Source: Bryobacterales bacterium
GTDB taxonomy: Bacteria > Acidobacteriota > Terriglobia > Bryobacterales > Bryobacteraceae
NCBI GenBank assembly: GCA_030693045.1
Contig: JAUYBU010000048.1
Location: 1-56,771, forward strand
DNA: 56,771 nt
Direction: 5' to 3'
Part shown: piece by piece, positions 18,761 through 27,531 of the stretch
Layout of the letters: every line of letters starts with the position of its first letter
How positions within the stretch are numbered: the stretch's first letter is position 1
Notes under the pieces: model-generated
Told to the model about the DNA's origin: nothing
The model's database searches: none
What the model saw: only the letters and a program-made list of their open reading frames with translations
Position numbers and translations under genes: made by a program

Positions 18761-21421
18761 CTAGGGCTGACGCATTATTAGGCCGGAGGGCAGATCCTCG
18801 CCGAAAACCCGGCCCATCGAGGCCAGGTCCCGCTGCGGCGCCCCATCCAGGATGGCCAGCCAGCGTTCCGGCCGATCCGCTTCCTCCAGGCGCCGGCGAA
18901 CCAGCGCCAAGGTAGCGCCGGGCAAGTCCCGGCCTGCCTGGCCGGTCCGGCGGGCGATGGAAGCGATGGCCTCCAGCGCGGCCGGCGGCGGCGGCTTCAG
19001 CGCCAGCAACCCTTCAGTCCAGCGCGCGGCGGTAGAGGGCGGCAGCACCTGGTTCATCGGCCCATAGAACAACTCGCGAGCCCCCAGGCGCGCCAGGCAC
19101 CAAAACTCGCTTTCCCGCACGTCTCCCTTGCGGGCCCGGGCCAGCAGCGCTTCCCCCAATTCGGTCTTGGACTGGAGCGGCAGCAGTTCCAGGCTGGCCG
19201 CCGCGCACCACATCTCGCGAAGCAGGCTCGAGTTCACACGGGGCGGCTTGCCGCGGGCCAGCAGCACCGGCGCCAGCCGCTGGAACAACTCAACCTGCTG
19301 GTTGCGGTTCAGGCCGCCGGCGACGCGTCCCCAGAAGATCCACTCCTCGATCTGGTTCTGCACCTGGTTGGCGAAAGCCAGTCCCGCGGCATGGATGCGG
19401 CGGATCTGCTCGATGCGGTAGTCGTCGCCCGGATAGCCGAAGCCCGGGCGCAGGCACAATCCGCACAGATTCAGCCAGCGCGCTTCGAGCGCCGGCGAGC
19501 GGCGCCGCCCCTGGGCCTGTTCCAGCAAAGTGTCCGCCAGACGTCGAATGGCGTCCAGTGGCCACGCCGCGCGTCCCAAGCCGAGCAGTCGCTCCAGCCG
19601 TCCGGGCAGCTCTTCCGGCGTCACGGGGTCCGGGGCGTCCGAAAATACGCCGCCAACCAATGCCTCGGCCTGGCCCAGCGCCTCTTCGCTCACCAGGGTG
19701 GCCGCGCGCGGGGCGGGCGCGCTTTCCTGGGCCTGCTTACGAAGCTCGAACTCCAGCCGCCAGCGGTGCTCGCTGACCTTCGATTGGCACCAGATTTCGA
19801 GCGTTCCGACTTCGCTCAGCCGTGCGCCCAGTTTCACCGGCACCAGTTGACCGCCGGCGGGTTTGCCGAAACGGATGACGGAGTTCAGCGGCGCGTGCGG
19901 GTGCAGGTCGTCGTCGCCGGGCGCGAACTCGACGATGTCGCCCAGGCGGTCGCCGGTGCGATTGAGCGAGCTGAACAGGCGGAACGAGACGGCCCGGTTT
20001 GCCACCAGGTCCAGGCCCGGGAGATCCAGTTCCAGCGCCTGGCCCTCTTCCGTGCCGCGAGGCGTCAGGCAAACCGTGCGGATCCGGCCCTGAGGGCCGT
20101 CGATGCCGATGAAGTAGGTTCGCGGCAGGCCGCCACGGACCATCAGCCCCGCGCCGGTCGAGCGCACGTAGGAGTAGTAGGCGGCGCCCACCGCGACGGC
20201 CAGGTCGAGGTCGTGGTTCTCGAAAACCGCGGGCCTGCGCCCGTGCCACTGCTCGAAAACTTCCACCACCCGGTCGCGCAGGATCTCGGGAATGAAGAAG
20301 CCGCCGTTGAAGAGAATGGCGTCCGGCCGCGCGCCCGCGCCGGCCAGGAATGCCGCCAGGTGGCGCGTGACGGCGGGGTCGGAGACATATGGCAGGCCGG
20401 CTTCCTGGAACAGGCTGCGGTCCTCCTCCCGCGGCCGTTCCTGGGGCCCGCAAAAGGGCAAGAAACCTTCCAGGGCGAGTTCGAGCGCTTCCTCGCGGAG
20501 GATTTGGGCGCGCAGCGTTCCGCCGATGAGCGAGGAACCGCCGCCCAGCACGGTGATCTCGACGTTCTTCAGCTTTGCATCCGACAGCAGTTTCTCTTTC
20601 GCCGCGGCGCATTGCCGGCGCAAAGCGCTGCGCTGGCGCACGGAGAGCGGTTTGCCGAGCTTGCTTTCCACCAGCCAGGCAAGCGTCAGGTCGAGATTGT
20701 CGCCGCCCAGCAGCAGGTGCCGGCCGACGGCGGTGCGCGTGAAATCGATCTGGTCGCCTTGCCGCGAGACGCGGATCAGCGTGAAGTCGCTGGTGCCTCC
20801 CCCGACGTCGCACACCAGCACCACCTGGCCGTCGAACAGGCTCTTGCGCGACTGGTCCAGGTGGTTGGCGATCCAGGAATAAAACGCGGCGGCGGGTTCC
20901 TCGATCAGGCTCAGGCGCTCGATGCCGGCCTGGCGCGCGGCCTCGACGGTCAGCTCACGGGCCTCTTCGTCGAACGACGCCGGCACCGTGAGAACCACTT
21001 CCTGTTCGGCCAGCGCGCCCAGTCCGTTCTGGCTCCAGGCGCCGGCCAGATGGGCCAGCACGCGCGACGAGACGTCCACCGGCGAGAGCGCGCGGCCGCC
21101 TTCGCCGGCGTCCCAGGGCAGAATCTTGGCAGTGCGGTCCACATCCGGATTCGACAGCCAGCTCTTGGCCGAGTGTACCGAGCGGGTGGGCACCAGCGCG
21201 CCTTGCTCGCGCGCGTAGGCTCCCACGAAGGTCTGATCGCCCAGAAACAGAAACGACGGCAGCGTACGCTGCGCTTCGGTGCGGCCCGGCGCCACCACCT
21301 GCGGGATGCTCAGCGTGTGAATGGGCGGGAAATCCGCGTCCCCGGCCTCGCGCGGGTCCACATAGGCCAGCGCCGAGTTGGTGGTGCCCAGATCGATTCC
21401 GATGAAGTGTTTGAGTTCCAA
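18761..21421 (-). CDS. Hsp70/DnaK-related protein with a C-terminal DUF3731-like domain
   Basis: IGIDLGTTNS, LTVPASF, EEPAAA, DVGGGTSD and LLLGGDNLD motifs; C-terminal RWLNLCGLCLRPGFG...WGRVAGGL. Confidence 0.88.
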   Translation of the reverse strand: MELKHFIGIDLGTTNSALAYVDPREAGDADFPPIHTLSIPQVVAPGRTEAQRTLPSFLFLGDQTFVGAYAREQGALVPTRSVHSAKSWLSNPDVDRTAKILPWDAGEGGRALSPVDVSSRVLAHLAGAWSQNGLGALAEQEVVLTVPASFDEEARELTVEAARQAGIERLSLIEEPAAAFYSWIANHLDQSRKSLFDGQVVLVCDVGGGTSDFTLIRVSRQGDQIDFTRTAVGRHLLLGGDNLDLTLAWLVESKLGKPLSVRQRSALRRQCAAAKEKLLSDAKLKNVEITVLGGGSSLIGGTLRAQILREEALELALEGFLPFCGPQERPREEDRSLFQEAGLPYVSDPAVTRHLAAFLAGAGARPDAILFNGGFFIPEILRDRVVEVFEQWHGRRPAVFENHDLDLAVAVGAAYYSYVRSTGAGLMVRGGLPRTYFIGIDGPQGRIRTVCLTPRGTEEGQALELDLPGLDLVANRAVSFRLFSSLNRTGDRLGDIVEFAPGDDDLHPHAPLNSVIRFGKPAGGQLVPVKLGARLSEVGTLEIWCQSKVSEHRWRLEFELRKQAQESAPAPRAATLVSEEALGQAEALVGGVFSDAPDPVTPEELPGRLERLLGLGRAAWPLDAIRRLADTLLEQAQGRRRSPALEARWLNLCGLCLRPGFGYPGDDYRIEQIRRIHAAGLAFANQVQNQIEEWIFWGRVAGGLNRNQQVELFQRLAPVLLARGKPPRVNSSLLREMWCAAASLELLPLQSKTELGEALLARARKGDVRESEFWCLARLGARELFYGPMNQVLPPSTAARWTEGLLALKPPPPAALEAIASIARRTGQAGRDLPGATLALVRRRLEEADRPERWLAILDGAPQRDLASMGRVFGEDLPSGLIMRQP

Positions 21422-21427
21422 GGCGCG

Positions 21428-21967
21428 CTACTCGATTTCGATTTCGGCCGGCGCCACCAGGCTCGCTTCCTGCCTGGCGCCCAGCGGCGGCAAATCGGCC
21501 CGTTCGGCGCGCCAGCCCTTGTGCCGCAGCGTGCCGCCGGCGGCTTTTCCGTCGGGCGGAACCTTGCCGATGAAGCGCACGGCGCCGGGCGCCTGGGCTT
21601 GCGGGCCGGCCAGGTCCAGGCGCGTCGGCGTGCCCTCGACACCGTCGATCACCGGCGCGAGCTTCACGTGCCGGTCCAGCGCCTGCCGGCACTTGGGGTG
21701 TAAATCGCGGACCGCCGCGCCGACCTGCTCGTCGGAATAGCCCGCGATGTCCTCCATCAGGAAGTCGACCAGCCGCGCCTCGCTCTGAAGGATGCCCAGC
21801 AACTGAAGCGCGCCATCGGCGGCCGTGGTCCGGCGCGCCGGTTCGGCCGGCCGCGGTGTGGTCTTCGGCTTGGGCATGAGTCCGAGTTCGGAGGCGATGC
21901 CGGCGGTGAGCGCGCCGCGCGCGAGAATGCTGAAGAAACTGCGAAACGCCAACGCAATGCGGCTCAA
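21428..21967 (-). CDS. DUF2760 domain-containing protein
   Basis: ALQLLGILQSEARLVDFLMEDI..YSDEQVGAAVR and GTLRHKGW motifs; directly upstream of the Hsp70-like gene. Confidence 0.85.
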   Translation of the reverse strand: MSRIALAFRSFFSILARGALTAGIASELGLMPKPKTTPRPAEPARRTTAADGALQLLGILQSEARLVDFLMEDIAGYSDEQVGAAVRDLHPKCRQALDRHVKLAPVIDGVEGTPTRLDLAGPQAQAPGAVRFIGKVPPDGKAAGGTLRHKGWRAERADLPPLGARQEASLVAPAEIEIE

Positions 21968-22019
21968 AGGATGTCCCCCAAGTTCTTAGGATACGACACG
22001 GGGTGGTGGATATTCACAG

Positions 22020-22420
22020 GTAGAGTCGAGGATGCGCGCGGGTATTGACGCAACAGGCCGCCCCGTTTCCCATCCCCGCTCATCAAACCGGACGTGCCCA
22101 TTTCGAGCATCCGGCTTTCCGACCGGCTTCATCGCCGGCTCACCCACGCGCGGCCCTGGGCCCCTGGAGCCGTACAACGCCCAAAGGGCCATCCACCCGT
22201 TCCCTCGGGAACTGGCGGGCGCCTTGCGAGGACACCTTGTGCCGCATTCTCGAGAAATTGCGCGCACGATCGTACACGTATTCGTCGACCGCCCGATACG
22301 CCCGGCTCTTGCTCGCCATGCCAAAGTACTGCCGCCAGCCGCCTAACTTCCGGTTCAGCTTTTGACAGACTTCCGTCCCGGCCGCGACGTTCCGGCGTCC
22401 GGGCGGCCATCGCTGCACTT
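22020..22420 (-). mobile_element. Group II intron 3' remnant (maturase X-domain fragment plus ribozyme domains V and VI)
   Basis: LNRKLGGWRQYF...AVDEYVYDR maturase fragment; DV AAGCCGGATGCTCGAAATGGGCACGTCCGGTTTG (22117-22084); DVI ending CTCGACTCTAC at 22020. Confidence 0.88.
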
Positions 22421-22445
22421 GGCAACTGAGTGAAGAGTATTCGGT

Positions 22446-24257
22446 TTACGCGCTGGCCGGCGCGAAGCGCACGCGCAACTCCGCGTCCTTCACCGCGCGC
22501 AGGCGGATGGCGAGCTTTCGGCGTCCGCGATTGGAGGCCTGCTTCTCCGGATTCGGCGAGGTGGCCAGCGGCGTCGCTTCCTGGACTTCGAAGACCGCGC
22601 CGGCCGGAGATTCGATCTTGGCCAATAGTCTCTTACCGTTCCGCTTGAGAGTGGCCTCGGTCCGGTCCGCGCCGAGCACGACTTCCGCCGGAGTGTGCGC
22701 GAACCACCACACCTCGGCGGGCGCGTTGGCTTGCACGCGGTCGGCCACCGTGACGGCGGATCGGTTCTCCATCGTGAAGGTCCGTTGGACGCCGCGGGCG
22801 TGCCTGGCGTAGGCCGCGGTCAGGTCCACCACGGCGGTGGTGCGCTGGGGGCGCGAGTCGAACTGGACGATCCTGGCGACAGCTTTCAGATCCTGGTCCG
22901 GTTCCGCGCCCGGATTGATCACCAGCGTGTTGTGGCCCTCGGCCCGGATGCGGTAATAGTGCCACTTCGGATTGTGATGCTGGTGCGCGAGATAGGTTTC
23001 GTGATCGACGCCGCCGTCGATGATCCAGCGTTCGCCGGAGGCTTCCAGGATGAAGGTGCCCAGGTCCAGATGCCGGTGGCCGCTGAGGTTGCTGTTGTCG
23101 CCCGCCTGTACGGCCAGGACCAGGGCGTTCGGGTCGGTCCAGGAGCTGCGCATCGATACGCACTCGGCCGCGCGAAAGTACTTGTCCAGCGGCAACCGCG
23201 CCGGGTCGAAGCCGCTGCTGGCGTCGAACCACAGCAGATCGAGAAAACCGCCGCCCGGCATCGGCCGCGCCAGTTCGCTCGACCGGAACCAGTTGTACTC
23301 CGGCCGGCGGAACCGGCGGCCCATCCAGAAGTGCATGGGGGTGGACAAGCGCCGCAGACCGCAATCGGCGAAATCGAACGACATTCGGTCCGCGCCCCCC
23401 ATGTAGATCTGGTACAGGCCGCTTTGCGCGAAGCCGTCGATTTTCGACAACTCGAAGTCCGTGCCCAGCGCGGTTTCCAGCGACGACAGGAACAGGATGT
23501 TGAACCGGGCGCCATAGTCCCAGTAAGTAGCTCCCTCGGTGCCGGCGCCGTCGGGAGCGTAATGCCGCATGGCCAGCGGCAGACTCTGTCGCGCGTTCTG
23601 GAGAATCGCCCGCGCCAGTTCGGGCTCTTCATCGGCGATCGCCAGGGCGCCGATGCCGAGCCCGCCGTTGCAGACCTGGTTCCAGTTGTTGTCGCGCTTG
23701 TGCCAGCCGTTGGCGCTCGCGTAGACTGCCATGCCGGGCTTCAGGCCCAGCGTCACAATGGCCTGGCGGAGCGTCTGGCGCTGAGACGCTGTCCAGTCGG
23801 CGAACAGCCAGTCGTAGGCCAGCGCGAAGGCGTAGGTCATTTCCGCGGAATCCAGGAAGTGCTTGGGGTTCCAGTCCTTAAACTGCGCGGCGGCTTCCAG
23901 TTCCTTCCAGGCGCGGTCGCGGTAACGCCGGTCGCCTTCCAGGCGGTAAACAAGGGCCAGCGCCTGCACTCGCTCTTTCACCCGGCGGCTGACGGACAGA
24001 AGCCGCAACCCGTCCGGGATTAGGTAGATCGAGGGCGCTTCTTTCAGGGCGTTGTCCGCGTCTTCGCGGACGGCCTGATAGCAGAGCCTGGCGGTGGGCT
24101 CGGATTCGATGAGCCGTTTGAGACTAGCGAACGTGCGCTCATCCGCCATCAGGCGCGGGTGCGATCTCTTGAGCGTCGCCAGCACATCGCCCTCGGCCAG
24201 GCCGGCGCCCGCGAACACGGTCCCGGCGAAATGCCGCCGCGTCAGTTGAGCGGGCAT
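22446..24257 (-). CDS. Heparinase II/III-like polysaccharide lyase, Tat signal
   Basis: TRRHF leader; HPRL, WNPKHFLD, NNWNQVC, EGATYWDYG, HRHLDLGTF and HNTL motifs. Confidence 0.85.
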   Translation of the reverse strand: MPAQLTRRHFAGTVFAGAGLAEGDVLATLKRSHPRLMADERTFASLKRLIESEPTARLCYQAVREDADNALKEAPSIYLIPDGLRLLSVSRRVKERVQALALVYRLEGDRRYRDRAWKELEAAAQFKDWNPKHFLDSAEMTYAFALAYDWLFADWTASQRQTLRQAIVTLGLKPGMAVYASANGWHKRDNNWNQVCNGGLGIGALAIADEEPELARAILQNARQSLPLAMRHYAPDGAGTEGATYWDYGARFNILFLSSLETALGTDFELSKIDGFAQSGLYQIYMGGADRMSFDFADCGLRRLSTPMHFWMGRRFRRPEYNWFRSSELARPMPGGGFLDLLWFDASSGFDPARLPLDKYFRAAECVSMRSSWTDPNALVLAVQAGDNSNLSGHRHLDLGTFILEASGERWIIDGGVDHETYLAHQHHNPKWHYYRIRAEGHNTLVINPGAEPDQDLKAVARIVQFDSRPQRTTAVVDLTAAYARHARGVQRTFTMENRSAVTVADRVQANAPAEVWWFAHTPAEVVLGADRTEATLKRNGKRLLAKIESPAGAVFEVQEATPLATSPNPEKQASNRGRRKLAIRLRAVKDAELRVRFAPASA

Positions 24258-24259
24258 CG

Positions 24260-25204
24260 TTATCCGACCCGTCCCTTGGTTTCACCCCACTGGGCCGCCA
24301 CCACTTTGCCGCGCTCGGAAAGTTCCTTGAACTCGGCCGGCGAGAGCGGTTTGAAGGTCCGCACCGCCGCGAGGCCCTGGCGCATCTCTTCAACCGTGCG
24401 GAAGCCGACGGCGGCGACCGCAACCTCGGGCAGGCTCCAGACGTAGCGCATGGCCGGCACGTAGTCGGCGGATGAGGAGAGGCGCGCGCCGGCCGGTCCG
24501 CGAACCGGGCCGCCCAACGCCTTCATCGCGATCACGCCGATGCCGCGGCGTTTGGCTTCCGGCAGGATCTTGCTCTCGAGGTTGTAGACGTGCCGGTCGA
24601 CGAAGTTGAGCACCCCCATGAACAGATCGAACTGGCCGGTGTCGAAAGCTTTGAGCGTTCGGTCGGGGAACGAATGAGTCGAGCAGCCGATGTGGCGGAT
24701 CATTCCCTGCTTCTTGGCTTCCATCAGCGCGCCGAGCGCGCCCTTTTCCGAGAGCACGGCGTCGATGTCGGGCCAGCGGTCGTGGCGGCCGATGTTGTGG
24801 TAGTGCACGCAGTCGAGGTGGTCGGTCTGCAACCGGCGCAGGCTTTCGCGGATCTGGCCCATCGCCTCTTCTCGAGTGCGCGTCTCGATTTTGGAAATCA
24901 GGAAAACCTTGTCGCGCTTTCCCTTGAGCGCGCGGCCGACCTTCTCTTCCGACTGCCCGTAGTTGGGCGCCGTATCGATGAAGTTGATGCCGCTGTCAAT
25001 GCCTTCGGCGACGATGCGATCCACCGTCGTCTGGTCCGAGGCGGGCTGCCCAATGTGCTGAGCGCCCCACCCCAGAATGCTCGCTTCAAACCCAACCTTG
25101 CCCAGACGCCGCTTGGGCATGTCTCCGGTTTTCGCCGCGCCTTCGGCCAGCATGGGCGAGGCAGCCAGCAGCTTTGAAAAATCACGCCGTGTAAGGAATC
25201 TCAT
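24260..25204 (-). CDS. Aldo/keto reductase, Tat signal
   Basis: TRRDF leader; GINFIDTAPNYG.SE..G, SLRRLQTDHLD and IAMKALGG motifs. Confidence 0.88.
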   Translation of the reverse strand: MRFLTRRDFSKLLAASPMLAEGAAKTGDMPKRRLGKVGFEASILGWGAQHIGQPASDQTTVDRIVAEGIDSGINFIDTAPNYGQSEEKVGRALKGKRDKVFLISKIETRTREEAMGQIRESLRRLQTDHLDCVHYHNIGRHDRWPDIDAVLSEKGALGALMEAKKQGMIRHIGCSTHSFPDRTLKAFDTGQFDLFMGVLNFVDRHVYNLESKILPEAKRRGIGVIAMKALGGPVRGPAGARLSSSADYVPAMRYVWSLPEVAVAAVGFRTVEEMRQGLAAVRTFKPLSPAEFKELSERGKVVAAQWGETKGRVG

Positions 25205-25220
25205 AAACTTGATCTTATAC

Positions 25221-26452
25221 TCAAATTTCGCCGGCGCGCTTGAGCCACTGGCCGACCATGGCGTCAAGGTCCTTTCGCTGCTGCGCGTAGGCCCCGTCGT
25301 CGAGCAGGTTGCGCATCTGGTACGGGTCCTTCTGATTGTCGTAGAGCAGCCATGGATTCAGATCGCGCCCGGCCTCTTTTTTCACATACGTGAAGCGGTC
25401 GGTGCGGACGCCTCGCCAGCCGCCCGCGGCGTTCCGGGCGGCCTTTTTCCCGCCGGGGGCGCCGCCGATGGCCATGATGAAAGCGGATTCGGGACCGCGC
25501 GCGTCCTTGCCCCGCAGAACCGCCGACAGATCCGCGCCCTGCATCCGGGCCGGCACGGATTGGCCCGCCAACCCGAGCAGCGTGGGCGTGATGTCGACGG
25601 TCGAGAAGAGCGTATCCAGACGCCGCCCGGCCGGAATGCCGGCGGGCCAGCGGATGACGAACGGCACGTTGATCGACTCTTTCCACGGTTTCCGTTTCGC
25701 CGTCAGGCCGAAAGAGCCGAGCATGTCGCCGTGATCGCTGCTGTAACAGACGATGGTGTTCTCGGCGATTCCAAGCTGGGCCAGTTTCGTCATCAGCCGG
25801 CCCATCTCCTGGTCCAGCGCGGTTACGTGCGAAAAGTACCCGACGTGGTTCTGGCGCCACTGTCGCGTGTCGGCCTCTTTCGGGACGTTCGGCCGAAGCT
25901 TGATGCGCTCGGGCGAGTACATGTCCACGAAGCGTTGCGGCGCTTCCGTGTAAGGCGCATGGGGCGGATGCCAGGACAGGAACACGCAGAAGGGACTGCG
26001 CGCGTTCTTCTCGATGAACTCCATGGTCAGGTCCATCTGGCCCGTCGGAGCATAGCCGGGAATCACGATCTCCTTGCCGCTGTCGTCGAAGTAGCGCGTG
26101 TCGTAGCGCGAGCGGTAGTTGTGGCACACGCGCCAGTAATCGAAACCGTGGCGATAAGGGCCCGGCGGCACGATCTTTCCCGCGCCCTGACCCGAATGGC
26201 GATGCCACTTGCCGACATAGCCGGTCGCGTAGCCGGCCTTTTTCAACAGGCCGGCGATGGTGATCTCCGAGGTGGGAAGCCCCCGGTGCCCGCCACCGAC
26301 GTTGGTGGTGACCGTGTTGGCCTGCGGGTAGCGGCCCGTCAGCAGGCTGGCGCGGTGGGGTGAGCAGAGCGATTGGTCTGCCTGGGCGTCGCCGCGGCGC
26401 CTAATGCTCCGAGAAAATCCCGGCGAGTCAGATCGAAGGTATTGGATGTCAC
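25221..26452 (-). pseudogene. Formylglycine-type sulfatase, frameshifted and internally deleted
   Basis: GTG at 26452 gives TRRDFLGALGAAATPRQTN. The catalytic LCSPHRASLLTGRYP...GYVGKWH...SDHGD lies in another frame from about 26371, and the usual N-terminal PNI...DQ strand is missing. Confidence 0.75.
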
Positions 26453-27531
26453 TTCAAGCCTCCCTTCCAGGCCGCCAGTAGCTCCGCTTCCTTGCGCGGC
26501 TGGGGCCCCGCGAGCTTGGTTCGCCCGCCTTCACCCTGCGTTTTGTACCAGGCGAGCGTGTCCCGGACCGTGTCCTGGTATGGGCGGAATTTCAGCCCCG
26601 CCTTGACCGCGCGCGCATTCTTCCACGTGTGGAACCCGCGCGTGTCGCCCCGGTACGGCGCCCAGATCGGGAAAACCCCTTCGCCTTGTTTGGCGACCCA
26701 ATCGCCTGGGACCCATGTCAGCGCGCTCTTGTTCGAACCGGCCTTGCGGCAGGCTTCCAGAAGATCGCCCCACGCCAGACGGCTCGCCGGCCCGGTCGCA
26801 TTGAACACGTCCATGACACGGTTCTCGACCAGGGTGACCAGCCACGCGCCGAGATCGCGCACGTCGATGAACTGCACCGGGTCACCCGGCGCTCCAGGCG
26901 CGAGCACTTCTCCGCCGCGGTCGATCCGCACGGGCCAGTAGGCGAACCGCCCGCTAGGGTCGTCGGGCCCGACGATGTAGCCCGGCCGCACGACGGTGGC
27001 GCGCGCCGGCAGCGCGTCCCGCACGGCCTTTTCGCACAGCGCCTTCAGCGCGCCGAAGGTCTGTTCGGTGATGGTTTCGACGGTCGGGTCGGCGATGGCG
27101 GCGAGCTTCGCCGTCTCGTCCTGATTTTCAATACTGTTATCCGCGTACACCGAAATCGACGAGATGAGAATGTAGTGCTTGACGTTGGGCGCCAGCAGCC
27201 GGGCCGAGGCTCCGACCTGTCGCGGGAAGTATCCCGAGTTGTCGATCACGGCGTCCCACTGGCGGCCCCGGAGCGCCTTGAGGCCCTCGCCCTTGTCCGG
27301 GTCGCGGTCGCCCTGCAACTTCTCGATGTCGGGGAACAGCCCGGGCCGGGTCTTGCCGCGGTTGAACAGCGTCAACTGGTGACCGCGCGCCCGCACCGCC
27401 TCGACCGTCGCCGGGCCAAGAAATCCCGTGCCGCCCAGGATCAGGATCCGCTTCTTCGCAGGCGTCGCCGCCAGCGCCGCCACGCTCCCCAGCAAATCCC
27501 GGCGAGTCGGGCCGCGTGGGTTCACGCTCAC
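26449..27531 (-). CDS. NAD-dependent epimerase/dehydratase (extended SDR), Tat-like leader
   Basis: TRRDLL leader; ILILGGTGFLG, FNRG, ISSISVY, GALKALCE and IDVRDL motifs. Confidence 0.88.
   Translation of the reverse strand: MSVNPRGPTRRDLLGSVAALAATPAKKRILILGGTGFLGPATVEAVRARGHQLTLFNRGKTRPGLFPDIEKLQGDRDPDKGEGLKALRGRQWDAVIDNSGYFPRQVGASARLLAPNVKHYILISSISVYADNSIENQDETAKLAAIADPTVETITEQTFGALKALCEKAVRDALPARATVVRPGYIVGPDDPSGRFAYWPVRIDRGGEVLAPGAPGDPVQFIDVRDLGAWLVTLVENRVMDVFNATGPASRLAWGDLLEACRKAGSNKSALTWVPGDWVAKQGEGVFPIWAPYRGDTRGFHTWKNARAVKAGLKFRPYQDTVRDTLAWYKTQGEGGRTKLAGPQPRKEAELLAAWKGGLK

Noticed and set aside
19391..21703. Long antisense ORFs (also 36458-38509, 39372-41381, 28790-30277 and others)
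   Set aside because: Shadow ORFs opposite clearly recognisable genes, expected in high-GC DNA; no motifs of their own.
21986..22324. 112-aa ORF ending MKPVGKPDARNGHVRFDERG
   Set aside because: This is a spurious translation of group II intron domains V and VI.
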